Part shown: piece after piece, positions 27,201-40,569 of the stretch | Layout of the letters: every line of letters begins with the position of its first letter | Numbering within the stretch: the first letter of the stretch is position 1 | NCBI GenBank assembly: GCA_040954595.2 | Contig: CM082590.2 | Location: 10,318,088-10,382,087 of the forward strand | DNA length: 64,000 bases | Reading direction: 5' to 3' | DNA from: Balanoglossus misakiensis | Taxonomy: Eukaryota > Animalia > Hemichordata | The notes under the pieces: generated by a model | Databases searched by the model: none | What the model was told of the DNA's origin: nothing | Seen by the model: the letters and a program-made list of their open reading frames with translations, nothing else | Translations under genes and position numbers: made by a program

Positions 27201-27844
27201 AGCAGTACTCTGATGTAGAAGAGTTGAAGATTGTGTGGTTCTCGAAAGTAGTGGAGTTCTTCCAAGTCATCCTGGAGGAGGTGCTCATGATGGAGTGTGA
27301 GATGGAGCATCCAGGTGTGGAGGGCAGCGCTGGAAAGAAAGCTACCGGGAAAGGCGGAGAGGATGAACCCTCCAAGGTGGATAATCCAGATCTTATCAAT
27401 TCGGAGGAGAGAAGTCTCGAAAAGGATAGCCAGCCACAGAAAAAGCGACGTGTGGAATCTGAGGAGTCAATGGTTGAAGAAAGTGCAGGAAGTACAGGTG
27501 TGTCGTCACAGCATGTTGAAATGCTGTGCACCTCCGCCCACCATCTGTGGCTCGGTCGGAGAAAAGTGCGGCGACAACTACAGCAGAGGCAGAAAGAGAA
27601 AGAAGGACTGGAGTTTGAGAAAGCAGTGTCTCTGGAAATGCAGAGATTAGAACTGCAACAGAAAGAAGTCAGAGAAACTGTGGAGTTTCGTGTCATCTTC
27701 GCGTGGGAGACGAAAGATATGCAAAATTCAGTTCGAATCAGGTTTTTGCCGCTGAAAGGAGAAGAGTTTCAGAATTTCTTTCATTTTATTGAACTTTTCT
27801 TTCCCAAAATGCTTGAAAGTCACGGACTAAAGGACTTGTCATGA
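24222..27844 (+). CDS. TUT1: U6 snRNA terminal uridylyltransferase / Star-PAP, 7 exons
   Basis: Exons 24222-24297 and 24595-24785 (zinc finger CNIC..HLKGKKH, then RRM SIFVGGF), 24933-25157, 25272-25795 ([17 protein letters not shown], acidic/Pro-Gly insertion, [16 protein letters not shown]), 26066-26298 ([21 protein letters not shown]), 26406-26498 and 26757-27844 ([10 protein letters not shown]; C-terminal [10 protein letters not shown]). The domain order matches TUT1. Confidence 0.92.
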
Positions 27845-27985
27845 AAATGTTGTACATCAGTGGAAGCACCTGATGCTTAGTTCAATCATGAATGATGAGA
27901 CATGTTATCTCATTCAGTATAACTATAGAAATTTTACACCTACTTAGTAGCGTTTTTGTTATAAAGAAAGAAATTCAGAGATTTC

Positions 27986-27991
27986 AATAAA
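27986..27991 (+). promoter_or_regulatory. Candidate polyadenylation signal for TUT1
   Basis: AATAAA about 140 bp after the stop codon. Confidence 0.5.
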
Positions 27992-28250
27992 AGGTACCCA
28001 GTATGTAATTACAGTACAGATCTGAACAGTATTGCTAATGTTCTGAGTTGGCAAAGTTTGTACCTTATTGTCAATCAAGTACTTTTTTATTTCTTTTTGT
28101 TGATGTGAGAATTGACTTAAACAGAGCAAATAAAGTCATATTTGTTGTTTTAAACTTTATTGATTCAGCATTGAACACTTCACCACATTGTCACTCTTTA
28201 GTTCAAAACACCAACTCTCAAATTCATACTTCCATGATATATTATTTTCC

Positions 28251-30237
28251 TTACTCCTCATAGTCTGGTAGATCCAAAACACTGAAATCATCCACAGCGC
28301 TATGTTCGATTCGACAATACGGGAAATTGGCACATGGATATAACCATGGCAACATCAAAGACTCAAGTTGTGATGGTATTTGTCCTGGTAAAGTCTTTTG
28401 CACGCTGTTTAAAATTTGTCGTCCTTTTTCGGTGATTTCATTAGCTTCCTCTGCAGTAAGTGGGTGCTGTTCTCCTGGGTCAGTTTCTAGATTGTACACG
28501 ATTGGAGATTCCAGAACCTCTCCATTGCAATTGCCCTCATGGTAATGCTTAGTGTAGTGAAGTTTATATTTTCCGTGGATTAATGCTGGAGGCAACGATA
28601 GGCTACAGTACTGGAGTAGATAGTCGTGGTGCTTGGATATTGCTGATGGGTTTCTGAGAAGTGGTAGAAGGCTTTTCCCGTCGATGATGCGATCTGAAAG
28701 ATTGTAGTTCAGGATGTCCGCTACTGTAGGGAAGATATCATTCAGAGACACCAGTGCATCGGATGTTGTATTTGGGGGTATGACCCCCTCCCAACGCATG
28801 ATTCCTGGAACGTGTATCCCTCCCTCAAAAAGACTTGCTTTGCCTCCTCTCTGACGGACTTCCTCCCCCGTAGCGCTGACAACAGCGCCAGCTGATCCGC
28901 CAACTTCTGGGGGTACAGGAACTCCAGCTAGGGTCTTCACAAATGGACCGTTGTCCGAGAGAAAAATGACAAGCGTATTTTTCGAAACACCACTCTGTTT
29001 AAGATGCCGTAGTATCTCCCCAACGCTCCAGTCCAACTCCATTAATGCATCACCATAGCGACCAATACCAGACTTTCCCTTGAAATATACTGACGAAAAG
29101 ACAGGTGTGTGCGGTTTGAGATAAGACATATACAAAAAGAAAGGGCGATTTGTATTATTTGATATAAACTTTGTTGCTTCTAGCGTTAGTCTTAATGTCA
29201 TATTTTCTTGCAGGTAAGGTTGTTCGATTATGTCACTATTTCTCATGAGGATACAAGTTTTAGTTGACCCAGTCAGAGTCAAACCTGTAATGACGAAATA
29301 AACAGAGATAGCCAAAACAAAAGTGGACACCAGTGCGTATCCAAGCATTCTCTTCCCTATCAGGGCAAACCTCCACAAACCAATTATCCCAGCAAGCACA
29401 GCCAGCCAGAACTTGTAGGTTGATGACAGATAGAGTAAGATAAAGGGTATTATGAAACGTTGAACTTGATCTTCTCCATGTTCACCACACACTCCTGTGT
29501 GTGACATTGGGAGACCATAGAAGTAATCAAATCCCCTGTTTATCGGCAAATATCTTCCTCCACTACCAATCCCAAGATGCCATTTGCCCATCATTCCAGT
29601 CGCGTAGCCGTTTTTTTTCAGCATCTCAGCCAGTGTGGTCTCCCATTCAGGCAGGCCACCTGTGTTTGCAGCACTTACGAGGACATTGAACGGACTCCGG
29701 GATTTTAACATGCCACTTCTCACCGGATAGCGACCTGAAAGGAGGTAACATAATCAATTGTCATCTGTTTGTTTTGTTTTGCTTTATCAGCACTTTACTG
29801 AACTAATTGGATCTAACGTTAAATATATTTTGTTGTGCGGAGACTTTTCACACTTGGTTAAAAAGAATTCTTTAAAACTTAACTGGCGCCCACCCCCTGA
29901 ACCGTCTAACTGACAGTTCGGTATTTTCAGTTTACATGTAATTTTCCAAATGCCAATTGGGTCAAACTCGCCCACCTGTTAGCAAAGACGCTCTACTTGG
30001 CGTACAGGTCGATTGAGAATACATCCGGTTGAACTTCAACCCTTCCAACGCCAGACCATCTACATTCGGCGTACTCACTGTCACGTTGCCATAGCAACCC
30101 AGATCGCCATAGCCAAGGTCGTCAGCCACGAAAAGAACAAAGTTTGGTGGTAATGAATTGGCTTGGTTAAACTCTGGGAGCATGCAGGATAATATAAATA
30201 ACAATCCTGTCCAGTGGACCCGAGGGTGACGCGCCAT
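28251..30237 (-). CDS. Steryl-sulfatase/ARSD-H-like arylsulfatase, 2 coding exons
   Basis: Exon 1, 30237-29976: signal peptide, [16 protein letters not shown] and the formylglycine motif [11 protein letters not shown]. Exon 2, 29734-28251: GKWHLG, two hydrophobic helices as in STS, SDNG and FEGGIHVP. Confidence 0.92.
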
Positions 30238-30642
30238 TTTGCTTTATCTAAATTTTCTAAAGCTATCCTCATGATCCTTGACCCATGAACTACTAATCAG
30301 GCTTGGGATTGTTTTGAGATCTATTCACCACACAGCTGTCCTTTTTGAACATATAGAGTGACCTATGTGTAAATCTGGAAGACAATTTCTGTTTATAGTT
30401 CAGGTTTTTGTGGGCAAATCTGAATTGAATGGCACAGTTTTCAATAAATAACACGACTTTCCATGATGAAGTCAGTAAGTAGCAGCCATTTTATATACCA
30501 CGCTAGCTTCTTCTTTTTTTGCTTAGCCAAACTGTTGAGGGCGCACCAGTGTGGGTTGAAAGAGTCTAGCCGTCTAGATGAGTACTCGAAAAAGTCGGAA
30601 ATTTACCGCACTATATTGCAGCACAGGTGTTCACTTTTATCT

Positions 30643-30833
30643 CTATCCTTTTAGAGACTTCTCTCCTCCATAATTGACAAGATCTGGATTATCCACCTTG
30701 GTGGGTTCATCCTCTCCGCCTTTCCCGGTAACTTTCTTTCCAGCGCTGCCATCCACACCTAGATGCTCAGTCTCACACTCCATTATGAGCACCTCCTCCA
30801 GGATGACTTGGAAGAACTCCACTACTTTCGAGA
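30643..30833 (-). pseudogene. Inverted ~190-bp copy of part of TUT1 exon 7
   Basis: Reverse complement of 27240-27429, with about 10 substitutions and one 1-bp indel by manual comparison. Confidence 0.92.
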
Positions 30834-33561
30834 CTTTCGAACTGGGAATTCGTCATTTTTTCATCATTTCCATGGCCTATAACCCATGAATAATGACCAC
30901 AGATGTCAAAATTTCCAAAATTCGCAAACTGGGAATTCGTCATTTTATCATCATTTACATGGCCTATAACCCATGAAAAATGACCACAGATGTCAAAATT
31001 TCCAAAATTCGCACAGTCGGAATTCGTCATTTTATCATCATTTCCATGGCCTATAACCCATGAAAAATGACCACAGATGTCAAAATTTCTAAAATTCGCA
31101 AATTCAGAATTCGTTATTATTTCATCATTTCCATGGCCTATAACCCATGAAAAATGACCACAGATGTCAAAATTTTCAAAATTCGCAAAGTCGAAATTCG
31201 TCATTTTTTCATCTCGTCCATGGCCTATAACCCATGAAAAATGACCACAGATGTCAAAATTTCCAAAATTCGCAAATTAAGAATTCGTCATTTTTTCATC
31301 ATTTCCATGGCCTATAACCCATGAAAAATGACCACAGATGTCAAAATTTCCAAAATTCGCAAACTGGGAATTCGTCATTTTTTCATCATTTCCATGGCCT
31401 ATAACCCATGAAAAATGACCACAGATGTCAAAATTTCCAAAATTCGCAAAGTCGGAATTCGTCATTTTTTCATCATTTCCATTGTCTATAACCCATGAAT
31501 AATGACCACAGATGTCAAAATTTCCAAAATTCGCAAACTGGGAATTCGTCATTTTATCATCATTTACATGGCCTATAACCCATGAAAAATGACCACAGAT
31601 GTCAAAATTTCCAAAATTCGCACAGTCGGAATTCGTCATTTTATCATCATTTCCATGGCCTATAACCCATGAAAAATGACCACAGATGTCAAAATTTCCA
31701 AAATTCGCAAACTGGGAATTCGTCATTTTTTCATCATTTCCATGGCCTATAACCCATGAATAATGACCACAGATGTCAAAATTTCCAAAATTCGCAAACT
31801 GGGAATTCGTCATTTTATCATCATTTACATGGCCTATAACCCATGAAAAATGACCACAGATGTCAAAATTTCCAAAATTCGCACAGTCGGAATTCGTCAT
31901 TTTATCATCATTTCCATGGCCTATAACCCATGAAAAATGACCACAGATGTCAAAATTTCTAAAATTCGCAAATTCAGAATTCGTTATTATTTCATCATTT
32001 CCATGGCCTATAACCCATGAAAAATGACCACAGATGTCAAAATTTTCAAAATTCGCAAAGTCGAAATTCGTCATTTTTTCATCTCGTCCATGGCCTATAA
32101 CCCATGAAAAATGACCACAGATGTCAAAATTTCCAAAATTCGCAAATTAAGAATTCGTCATTTTTTCATCATTTCCATGGCCTATAACCCATGAAAAATG
32201 ACCACAGATGTCAAAATTTCCAAAATTCGCAAAGTCGGAATTCGTCATTTTTTCATCATTTCCATGGTCTATAACCCATGAAAAATGACCACAGATGTCA
32301 AAATTTCCAAAATTCGCAAACTGGGAATTCGTCATTTTATCATCATTTACATGGCCTATAACCCATGAAAAATGACCACAGATGTCAAAATTTCCAAAAT
32401 TCGCACAGTCGGAATTCGTCATTTTATCATCATTTCCATGGCCTATAACCCATGAAAAATGACCACAGATGTCAAAATTTCTAAAATTCGCAAATTCAGA
32501 ATTCGTTATTATTTCATCATTTCCATGGCCTATAACCCATGAAAAATGACCACAGATGTCAAAATTTTCAAAATTCGCAAAGTCGGAATTCGTCATTTTT
32601 TCATCATTTCCATGGTCTATAACCCATGAAAAATGACCACAGATGTCAAAATTTCCAAAATTCGCAAACTGGGAATTCGTCATTTTATCATCATTTACAT
32701 GGCCTATAACCCATGAAAAATGACCACAGATGTCAAAATTTCCAAAATTCGCAAAGTCGGAATTCGTCATTTTATCATCATTTCCATGGCCTATAACCCA
32801 TGAATAATGACCACAGATGTCAAAATTTCTAAAATTCGCAAATTCAGAATTCGTTATTATTTCATCATTTCCATGGCCTATAACCCATGAAGAATGACCA
32901 CAGATGTCAAAATTTCCAAAATTCGCAAAGTCGGAATTCGTCATTTTATCATCATTTCCATGGCCTATAACCCATGAAAAATGACCACAGATGTCAAAAT
33001 TTCCAAAATTCGCAAATTAAGAATTCGTCATTTTTTCATCATTTCCATGGCCTATAAACCATAAACAATGACCACAGATGTCAAAATTTCAAAAATTCGC
33101 AAAGTCGGAATTCGTCATTTTTTCATCATTTCCATGGCCTATAACCCATGAAAAATGACCACAGATGTCAAAAATTCTAAAATTCGCAAAGTCGGAATTC
33201 GTCATTTTTTCATCATTTCCATGGCCTATAACCCATGAAAAATGACCACAGATGTCAAAATTTCCAAAATTCGCAAAGTCGGAATTCGTCATTTTATCAT
33301 CATTTCCATGGCCTATAACCCATGAAAAATGACCACAGATGTCAAAATTTCCAAAATCCGCAAATTAAGAATTCGTCATTTTTTCATCATTTCCATGGCC
33401 TATAAACCATAAAAAATGACCACAGATGTCAAAATTTCCAAAATTCGCAAAGTCGAAATACGTCATTTTTTCATCTCGTCCATGGCCTATAACCCATGAA
33501 AAATGACCACAGATGTCAAAATTTCCAAAATTCGCAAATTAAGAATTCGTCATTTTTTCAT

Positions 33562-34531
33562 CACCTTCAGGTAAAAGCATAGGCTTCCTCAACCCTTCGC
33601 CATCACCATGTGTACTCGAAAAAGGCGGAAATTTACCGCACTATATTGCAGCATAACTACCATGATCTTATTTGCACCGCAGCGGTGCAAATTCTTATTT
33701 GCACCGCAGCGGTGCAAATAAGAGTTCCCTGCACCGCAACGATCTGACCGTTCTTTATTCACTCCTCGGCGACAAAAAAGTTTTATTACGGCTTAAATAA
33801 CAACTTTTTCGCTCATTGGTTGGTCATTCGGACGCGGAAAGACACGATTTTAGCGAGTTTATCTTTCTCTCCTGATGAGCACTCCGTATTCAGACTTGCC
33901 CAAGTGAACCGCGACAAAAAAATGACCAAGTTTCCCTGCATGTTTCTTATACCCGACAGATAAAAAACGCAGCGTAGATATTGAAATGAATTGGATTTAT
34001 GAAAATGATAAAAATTGCAATGAAAATGTCGTTAAAAGTTCTCAAAAAAAAGAAATAGAAAAAATAGTGGTTTCGAACCAACATCAGTTGACACCTTCAG
34101 GTAAAAGCATAGCCTTCCTGAACCCTTCGCCATCACCGTGTGTACTCGAAAAAGTGGAAATTTACCGCACTATATTGCAGCATAACTACCATGATCTTAT
34201 TTGCACCGCAGCGGTGCAAATTCTTATTTGCACCGCAGCGGTGCAAATAAGAGTTCCCTGCACCGCAACGATCTGACCGTTCTTTATTCACTCCTCGGCG
34301 ACAAAAAAGTTTTATTACGGCCTAAATAACGAATTTTTCGCTCCTTGGTTGGTCATTCGGACGCGGAAAGACACGGTTTTAGCGAGTTTATCTTTCTCTC
34401 TCCTAATGAGCACTCCATATTCAGACTTGCCCAAGTGAACCGCGACAAAAAAATGACCAAGTTTCCCTGCATGTTTCTTATACCCGACAGATAAAAAACC
34501 CAGCGTAGATATTGAAATGAATTGGATTTAT
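33562..34531. repeat. ~530-bp unit as a 1.8-copy tandem inserted in satellite A (block 1)
   Basis: CACCTTCAGGTAAAAGCATAG starts at 33562 and 34092. Each unit carries twin ATTTGCACCGC-A-GCGGTGCAAAT palindromes. Confidence 0.92.
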
Positions 34532-37500
34532 AACCCATCGCAAAGTCGGAATTCGTCATTTTTTCATCATTTCCATGGTCTATAACCCATGAAAAATGAC
34601 CACAGATGTCAAAATTTCCAAAATTCGCAAAGTCGGAATTCGTCATTTTTTCATCATTTCCATGGCCTATAACCCATGAAAAATGACCGCAGATGTCAAA
34701 ATTTCCAAAATTCGCAAAGTCGGAATTCGTCATTTTTTCATCATTTCCATGGCCTATAACCCATGAAAAATAACCACAGATGTCAAAATTTACAAAATTC
34801 GCAAAGTCGGAATTCGTCATTTTTTCATCATTTCCATGGCCTATAACCCATGAAAAATGACCACAGATGTCAAAATTTCCAAAATTCGCAAAGTCGGAAT
34901 TCGTCATTTTTTCATCATTTCCATGGTCTATAACCCATGAAAAATGACCACAGATGTCAAAATTTCCAAAATTCGCAAACTGGGAATTCGTCATTTTATC
35001 ATCATTTACATGGCCTATAACCCATGAAAAATGACCACAGATGTCAAAATTTCCAAAATTCGCAAAGTCGGAATTCGTCATTTTTTCATCATTTCCATGG
35101 CCTATAACCCATGAAAAATGACCACAGATGTCAAAATTTCCAAAATTCGCAAAGTCGGAATTCGTCATTTTTTCACCATTTCCATGGTCTATAACCCATG
35201 AAAAATGACCACAGATGTCAAAATTTCCAAAATTCGCAAAGTCGGAATTCGTCATTTTTTCATCATTTCCATGGCCTATAACCCATGAAAAATGACCACA
35301 GATGTCAAAATTTCCAAAATTCGCAAAGTCGGAATTCGTCATTTTTTCATCATTTCCATGGTCTATAACCCATGAAAAATGACCACAGATGTCAAAATTT
35401 CCAAAATTCGCAAAGTCGGAATTCGTCATTTTTTCATCATTTCCATGGTCTATAACCCATGAAAATGACCACAGATGTCAAAATTTCCAAAATTCGCAAA
35501 GTCGGAATTCATCATTTTTTCATCATTTCCATGGTCTATAACCCATGAAAAATGACCACAGATGTCAAAATTTCCAAAATTCGCAAAGTCGGAATTCGTC
35601 ATTTTTTCATCATTTCCATGGTCTATAACCCATGAAAAATGACCACAGATGTCAAAATTTCCAAAATTCGCAAAGTCGGAATTCGTCATTTTTTCATCAT
35701 TTCCATGGTCTATAACCCATGAAAAATGACCACAGATGTCAAAATTTCCAAAATTCGCAAAGTCGGAATTCATCATTTTTTCATCATTTCCATGGTCTAT
35801 AACCCATGAAAAATGACCACAGATGTCAAAATTTCCAAAATTCGCAAAGTCGGAATTCGTCATTTTTTCATCATTTCCATGGCCTATAACCCATGAAAAA
35901 TGACCACAGATGTCAAAATTTCCAAAATTCGCAAAGTCGGAATTCGTCATTTTTTCATCATTTCCATGGTCTATAACCCATGAAAAATGACCACAGATGT
36001 CAAAATTTCCGAAATTGGCAAAGTCGGAATTCGTCATTTTTTCATCATTTCCATGGCCTATAACCCATGAAAAATGACCACAGATGTCAAAATTTCCAAA
36101 ATTCGCAAAGTCGGAATTCGTCATTTTTTCATCATTTCCATGGCCTATAACCCATGAAAAATGACCACAGATGTCAAAATTTCCAAAATTCGCAAACTGG
36201 GAATTCGTCATTTTATCATCATTTACATGTCCTATAACCCATGAAAAATGACCACAGATGTCAAAATTTCCAAAATTCGCAAAGTCGGAATTCGTCATTT
36301 TTTCATCATTTCCATGGTCTATAACCCATGAAAAATGACCACAGATGTCAAAATTTCCGAAATTGGCAAAGTCGGAATTCGTCATTTTTTCATCATTTCC
36401 ATGGCCTATAACCCATGAAAAATGACCACAGATGTCAAAATTTCCAAAATTCGCAAAGTCGGAATTCGTCATTTTTTCATCATTTCCATGGCCTATAACC
36501 CATGAAAAATGACCACAGATGTCAAAATTTCCAAAATTCGCAAACTGGGAATTCGTCATTTTATCATCATTTACATGGCCTATAACCCATGAAAAATGAC
36601 CACTGATGTCAAAATTTCCAAAATTCGCAAAGTCGGAATTCGTCATTTTTTCATCATTTCCATGGCCTATAACCCATGAAAAATGACCACAGATGTCAAA
36701 ATTTCCAAAATTCGCAAAGTCGGAATTCATCATTTTTTCATCATTTCCATGGTCTATAACCCATGAAAAATGACCACAGATGTCAAAATTTCCAAAATTC
36801 GCAAAGTCGGAATTCGTCATTTTTTCATCATTTCCATGGCCTATAACCCATGAAAAATGACCACAGATGTCAAAATTTCCAAAATTCGCAAAGTCGGAAT
36901 TCGTCATTTTTTCATCATTTCCATGGTCTATAACCCATGAAAAATGACCACAGATGTCAAAATTTCCGAAATTGGCAAAGTCGGAATTCGTCATTTTTTC
37001 ATCATTTCCATGGCCTATAACCCATGAAAAATGACCACAGATGTCAAAATTTCCAAAATTCGCAAAGTCGGAATTCGTCATTTTTTCATCATTTCCATGG
37101 CCTATAACCCATGAAAAATGACCACAGATGTCAAAATTTCCAAAATTCGCAAACTGGGAATTCGTTATTTTATCATCATTTACATGGCCTATAACCCATG
37201 AAAAATGACCACAGATGTCAAAATTTCCAAAATTCGCAAAGTCGGAATTCGTCATTTTTTCATCATTTCCATGGCCTATAACCCATGAAAAATGACCACA
37301 GATGTCAAAATTTCCAAAATTCGCAAAGTCGGAATTCGTCATTTTTTCATCATTTCCATGGCCTATAACCCATGAAAAATGACCACAGATGTCAAAATTT
37401 CCAAAATTCGCAAACTGGGAATTCGTCATTTTATCATCATTTACATGGCCTATAACCCATGAAAAATGACCACAGATGTCAAAATTTCCAAAATTCGCAA

Positions 37501-40500
37501 AGTCGGAATTCGTCATTTTTTCATCATTTCCATGGCCTATAACCCATGAAAAATGACCACAGATGTCAAAATTTCCAAAATTCGCAAAGTCGGAATTCGT
37601 CATTTTTTCATCATTTCCATGGTCTATAACCCATGAAAAATGACCACAGATGTCAAAATTTCCGAAATTGGCAAAGTCGGAATTCGTCATTTTTTCATCA
37701 TTTCCATGGCCTATAACCCATGAAAAATGACCACAGATGTCAAAATTTCCAAAATTCGCAAAGTCGGAATTCGTCATTTTTTCATCATTTCCATGGCCTA
37801 TAACCCATGAAAAATGACCACAGATGTCAAAATTTCCAAAATTCGCAAAGTCGGAATTCGTCATTTTTTCATCATTTCCATGGCCTATAACCCATGAAAA
37901 ATGACCACAGATGTCAAAATTTCCAAAATTCGCAAAGTCGGAATTCGTCATTTTTTCATCATTTCCATGGCCTATAACCCATGAAAAATGACCACAGATG
38001 TCAAAATTTCCAAAATTCGCAAACTGGGAATTCGTCATTTTATCATCATTTACATGGCCTATAACCCATGAAAAATGACCACAGATGTCAAAATTTCCAA
38101 AATTCGCAAAGTCGGAATTCGTCATTTTTTCATCATTTCCATGGTCTATAACCCATGAAAAATGACCACAGATGTCAAAATTTCCGAAATTGGCAAAGTC
38201 GGAATTCGTCATTTTTTCATCATTTCCATGGCCTATAACCCATGAAAAATGACCACAGATGTCAAAATTTCCAAAATTCGCAAAGTCGGAATTCGTCATT
38301 TTTTCATCATTTCCATGGCCTATAACCCATGAAAAATGACCACAGATGTCAAAATTTCCAAAATTCGCAAAGTCGGAATTCGTCATTTTTTCATCATTTC
38401 CATGGCCTATAACCCATGAAAAATGACCACAGATGTCAAAATTTCCAAAATTCGCAAAGTCGGAATTCGTCATTTTTTCATCATTTCCATGGCCTATAAC
38501 CCATGAAAAATGACCACAGATGTCAAAATTTCCAAAATTCGCAAACTGGGAATTCGTCATTTTATCATCATTTACATGGCCTATAACCCATGAAAAATGA
38601 CCACAGATGTCAAAATTTCCAAAATTCGCAAAGTCGGAATTCGTCATTTTTTCATCATTTCCATGGTCTATAACCCATGAAAAATGACCACAGATGTCAA
38701 AATTTCCGAAATTGGCAAAGTCGGAATTCGTCATTTTTTCATCATTTCCATGGCCTATAACCCATGAAAAATGACCACAGATGTCAAAATTTCCAAAATT
38801 CTCAAAGTCGGAATTCGTCATTTTTTCATCATTTCCATGGCCTATAACCCATGAAAAATGACCACAGATGTCAAAATTTCCAAAATTCGCAAAGTCGGAA
38901 TTCGTCATTTTTTCATCATTTCCATGGCCTATAACCCATGAAAAATGACCACAGATGTCAAAATTTCCAAAATTCGCAAAGTCGGAATTCGTCATTTTTT
39001 CATCATTTCCGTGGCCTATAACCCATGAAAAATGACCACAGATGTCAAAATTTCCAAAATTCGCAAAGTCGGAATTCGTCATTTTTTCATCATTTCCATG
39101 GCCTATAACCCAAGAAAAATGACCACAGATGTCAAAATTTCCAAAATTCGCAAACTGGGAATTCGTCATTTTATCATCATTTACATGGCCTATAACCCAT
39201 GAAAAATGACCACAGATGTCAAAATTTCCAAAATTCGCAAAGTCGGAATTCGTCATTTTTTCATCATTTCCATGGTCTATAACCCATGAAAAATGACCAC
39301 AGATGTCAAAATTTCCAAAATTCGCAAAGTCGGAATTCGTCATTTTTTCATCATTTCCATGGCCTATAACCCATGAAAAATGACCACAGATGTCAAAATT
39401 TCCAAAATTCGCAAAGTCGGAATTCGTCATTTTTTCATCATTTCCATGGTCTATAACCCATGAAAAATGACCACAGATGTCAAAATTTCCAAAATTCACA
39501 AAGTCGGAATTCGTCATTTTTTCATCATTTCCATGGTCTATAACCCATGAAAAATGACCACAGATGTCTAAATTTCCAAAATTCGCAAAGTCGGAATTCG
39601 TCATTTTTTCATCATTTCCATGGCCTATAACCCATGAAAAATGACCACAGATTTCAAAATTTCCAAAATTCGCAAAGTCGGAATTCGTCATTTTTTCATC
39701 ATTTCCATGGTCTATAACCCATGAAAAATGACCACAGATGTCAAAATTTCCAAAATTCGCAAAGTCGGAATTCGTCTTTTTTTCATCATTTCCATGGTCT
39801 ATAACCCATGAAAAATGACCACAGATGTCAAAATTTCCAAAATTCGCAAAGTCGGAATTCGTCATTTTTTCATCATTTCCATGGCCTATAACCCATGAAA
39901 AATGACCACAGATGTCAAAATTTCCAAAATTCGCAAAGTCGGAATTCGTCATTTTTTCATCATTTCCATGGCCTATAACCCATGAAAAATGACCACAGAT
40001 GTCAAAATTTCCAAAATTCGCAAAGTCGGAATTCGTCATTTTTTCATCATTTCCATGGTCTATAACCCATGAAAAATGACCACAGATGTCAAAATTTCCA
40101 AAATTCGCAAAGTCGGAATTCGTCATTTTTTCATCATTTCTATGGCCTATAACCCATGAAAAATGACCACAGATGTCAAAATTTCCAAAATTCGCAAAGT
40201 CGGAATTCGTCATTTTTTCATCATTTCCATGGTCTATAACCCATGAAAAATGACCACAGATGTCAAAATTTCCAAAATTCGCAAAGTCGGAATTCGTCAT
40301 TTCTTCATCATTTCCATGGTCTATAACCCATGAAAAATGACCACAGATGTCAAAATTTCCAAAATTCGCAAAGTCGGAATTCGTCATTTTTTCATCATTT
40401 CCATGGCCTATAACCCATGAAAAATGACCACAGATGTCAAAATTTCCAAAATTCGCAAACTGGGAATTCGTCATTTTATCATCATTTACATGGCCTATAA

Positions 40501-40569
40501 CCCATGAAAAATGACCACAGATGTCAAAATTTCCAAAATTCGCAAAGTCGGAATTCGTCATTTTTTCAT

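Noticed and set aside
25464-27696. Antisense ORFs overlapping TUT1 exons
   Set aside because: Shadow frames of real coding exons with no recognisable motifs.
30773-31204. Satellite-TUT1 fusion protein
   Set aside because: The ORF enters the TUT1 fragment out of the TUT1 reading frame and stops within ~20 codons.
34066-34085. GGTTTCGAACC in the 530-bp unit as a Pol III B box (tRNA or SINE)
   Set aside because: No convincing A box at the right spacing, no cloverleaf, and no tail with a target-site duplication.
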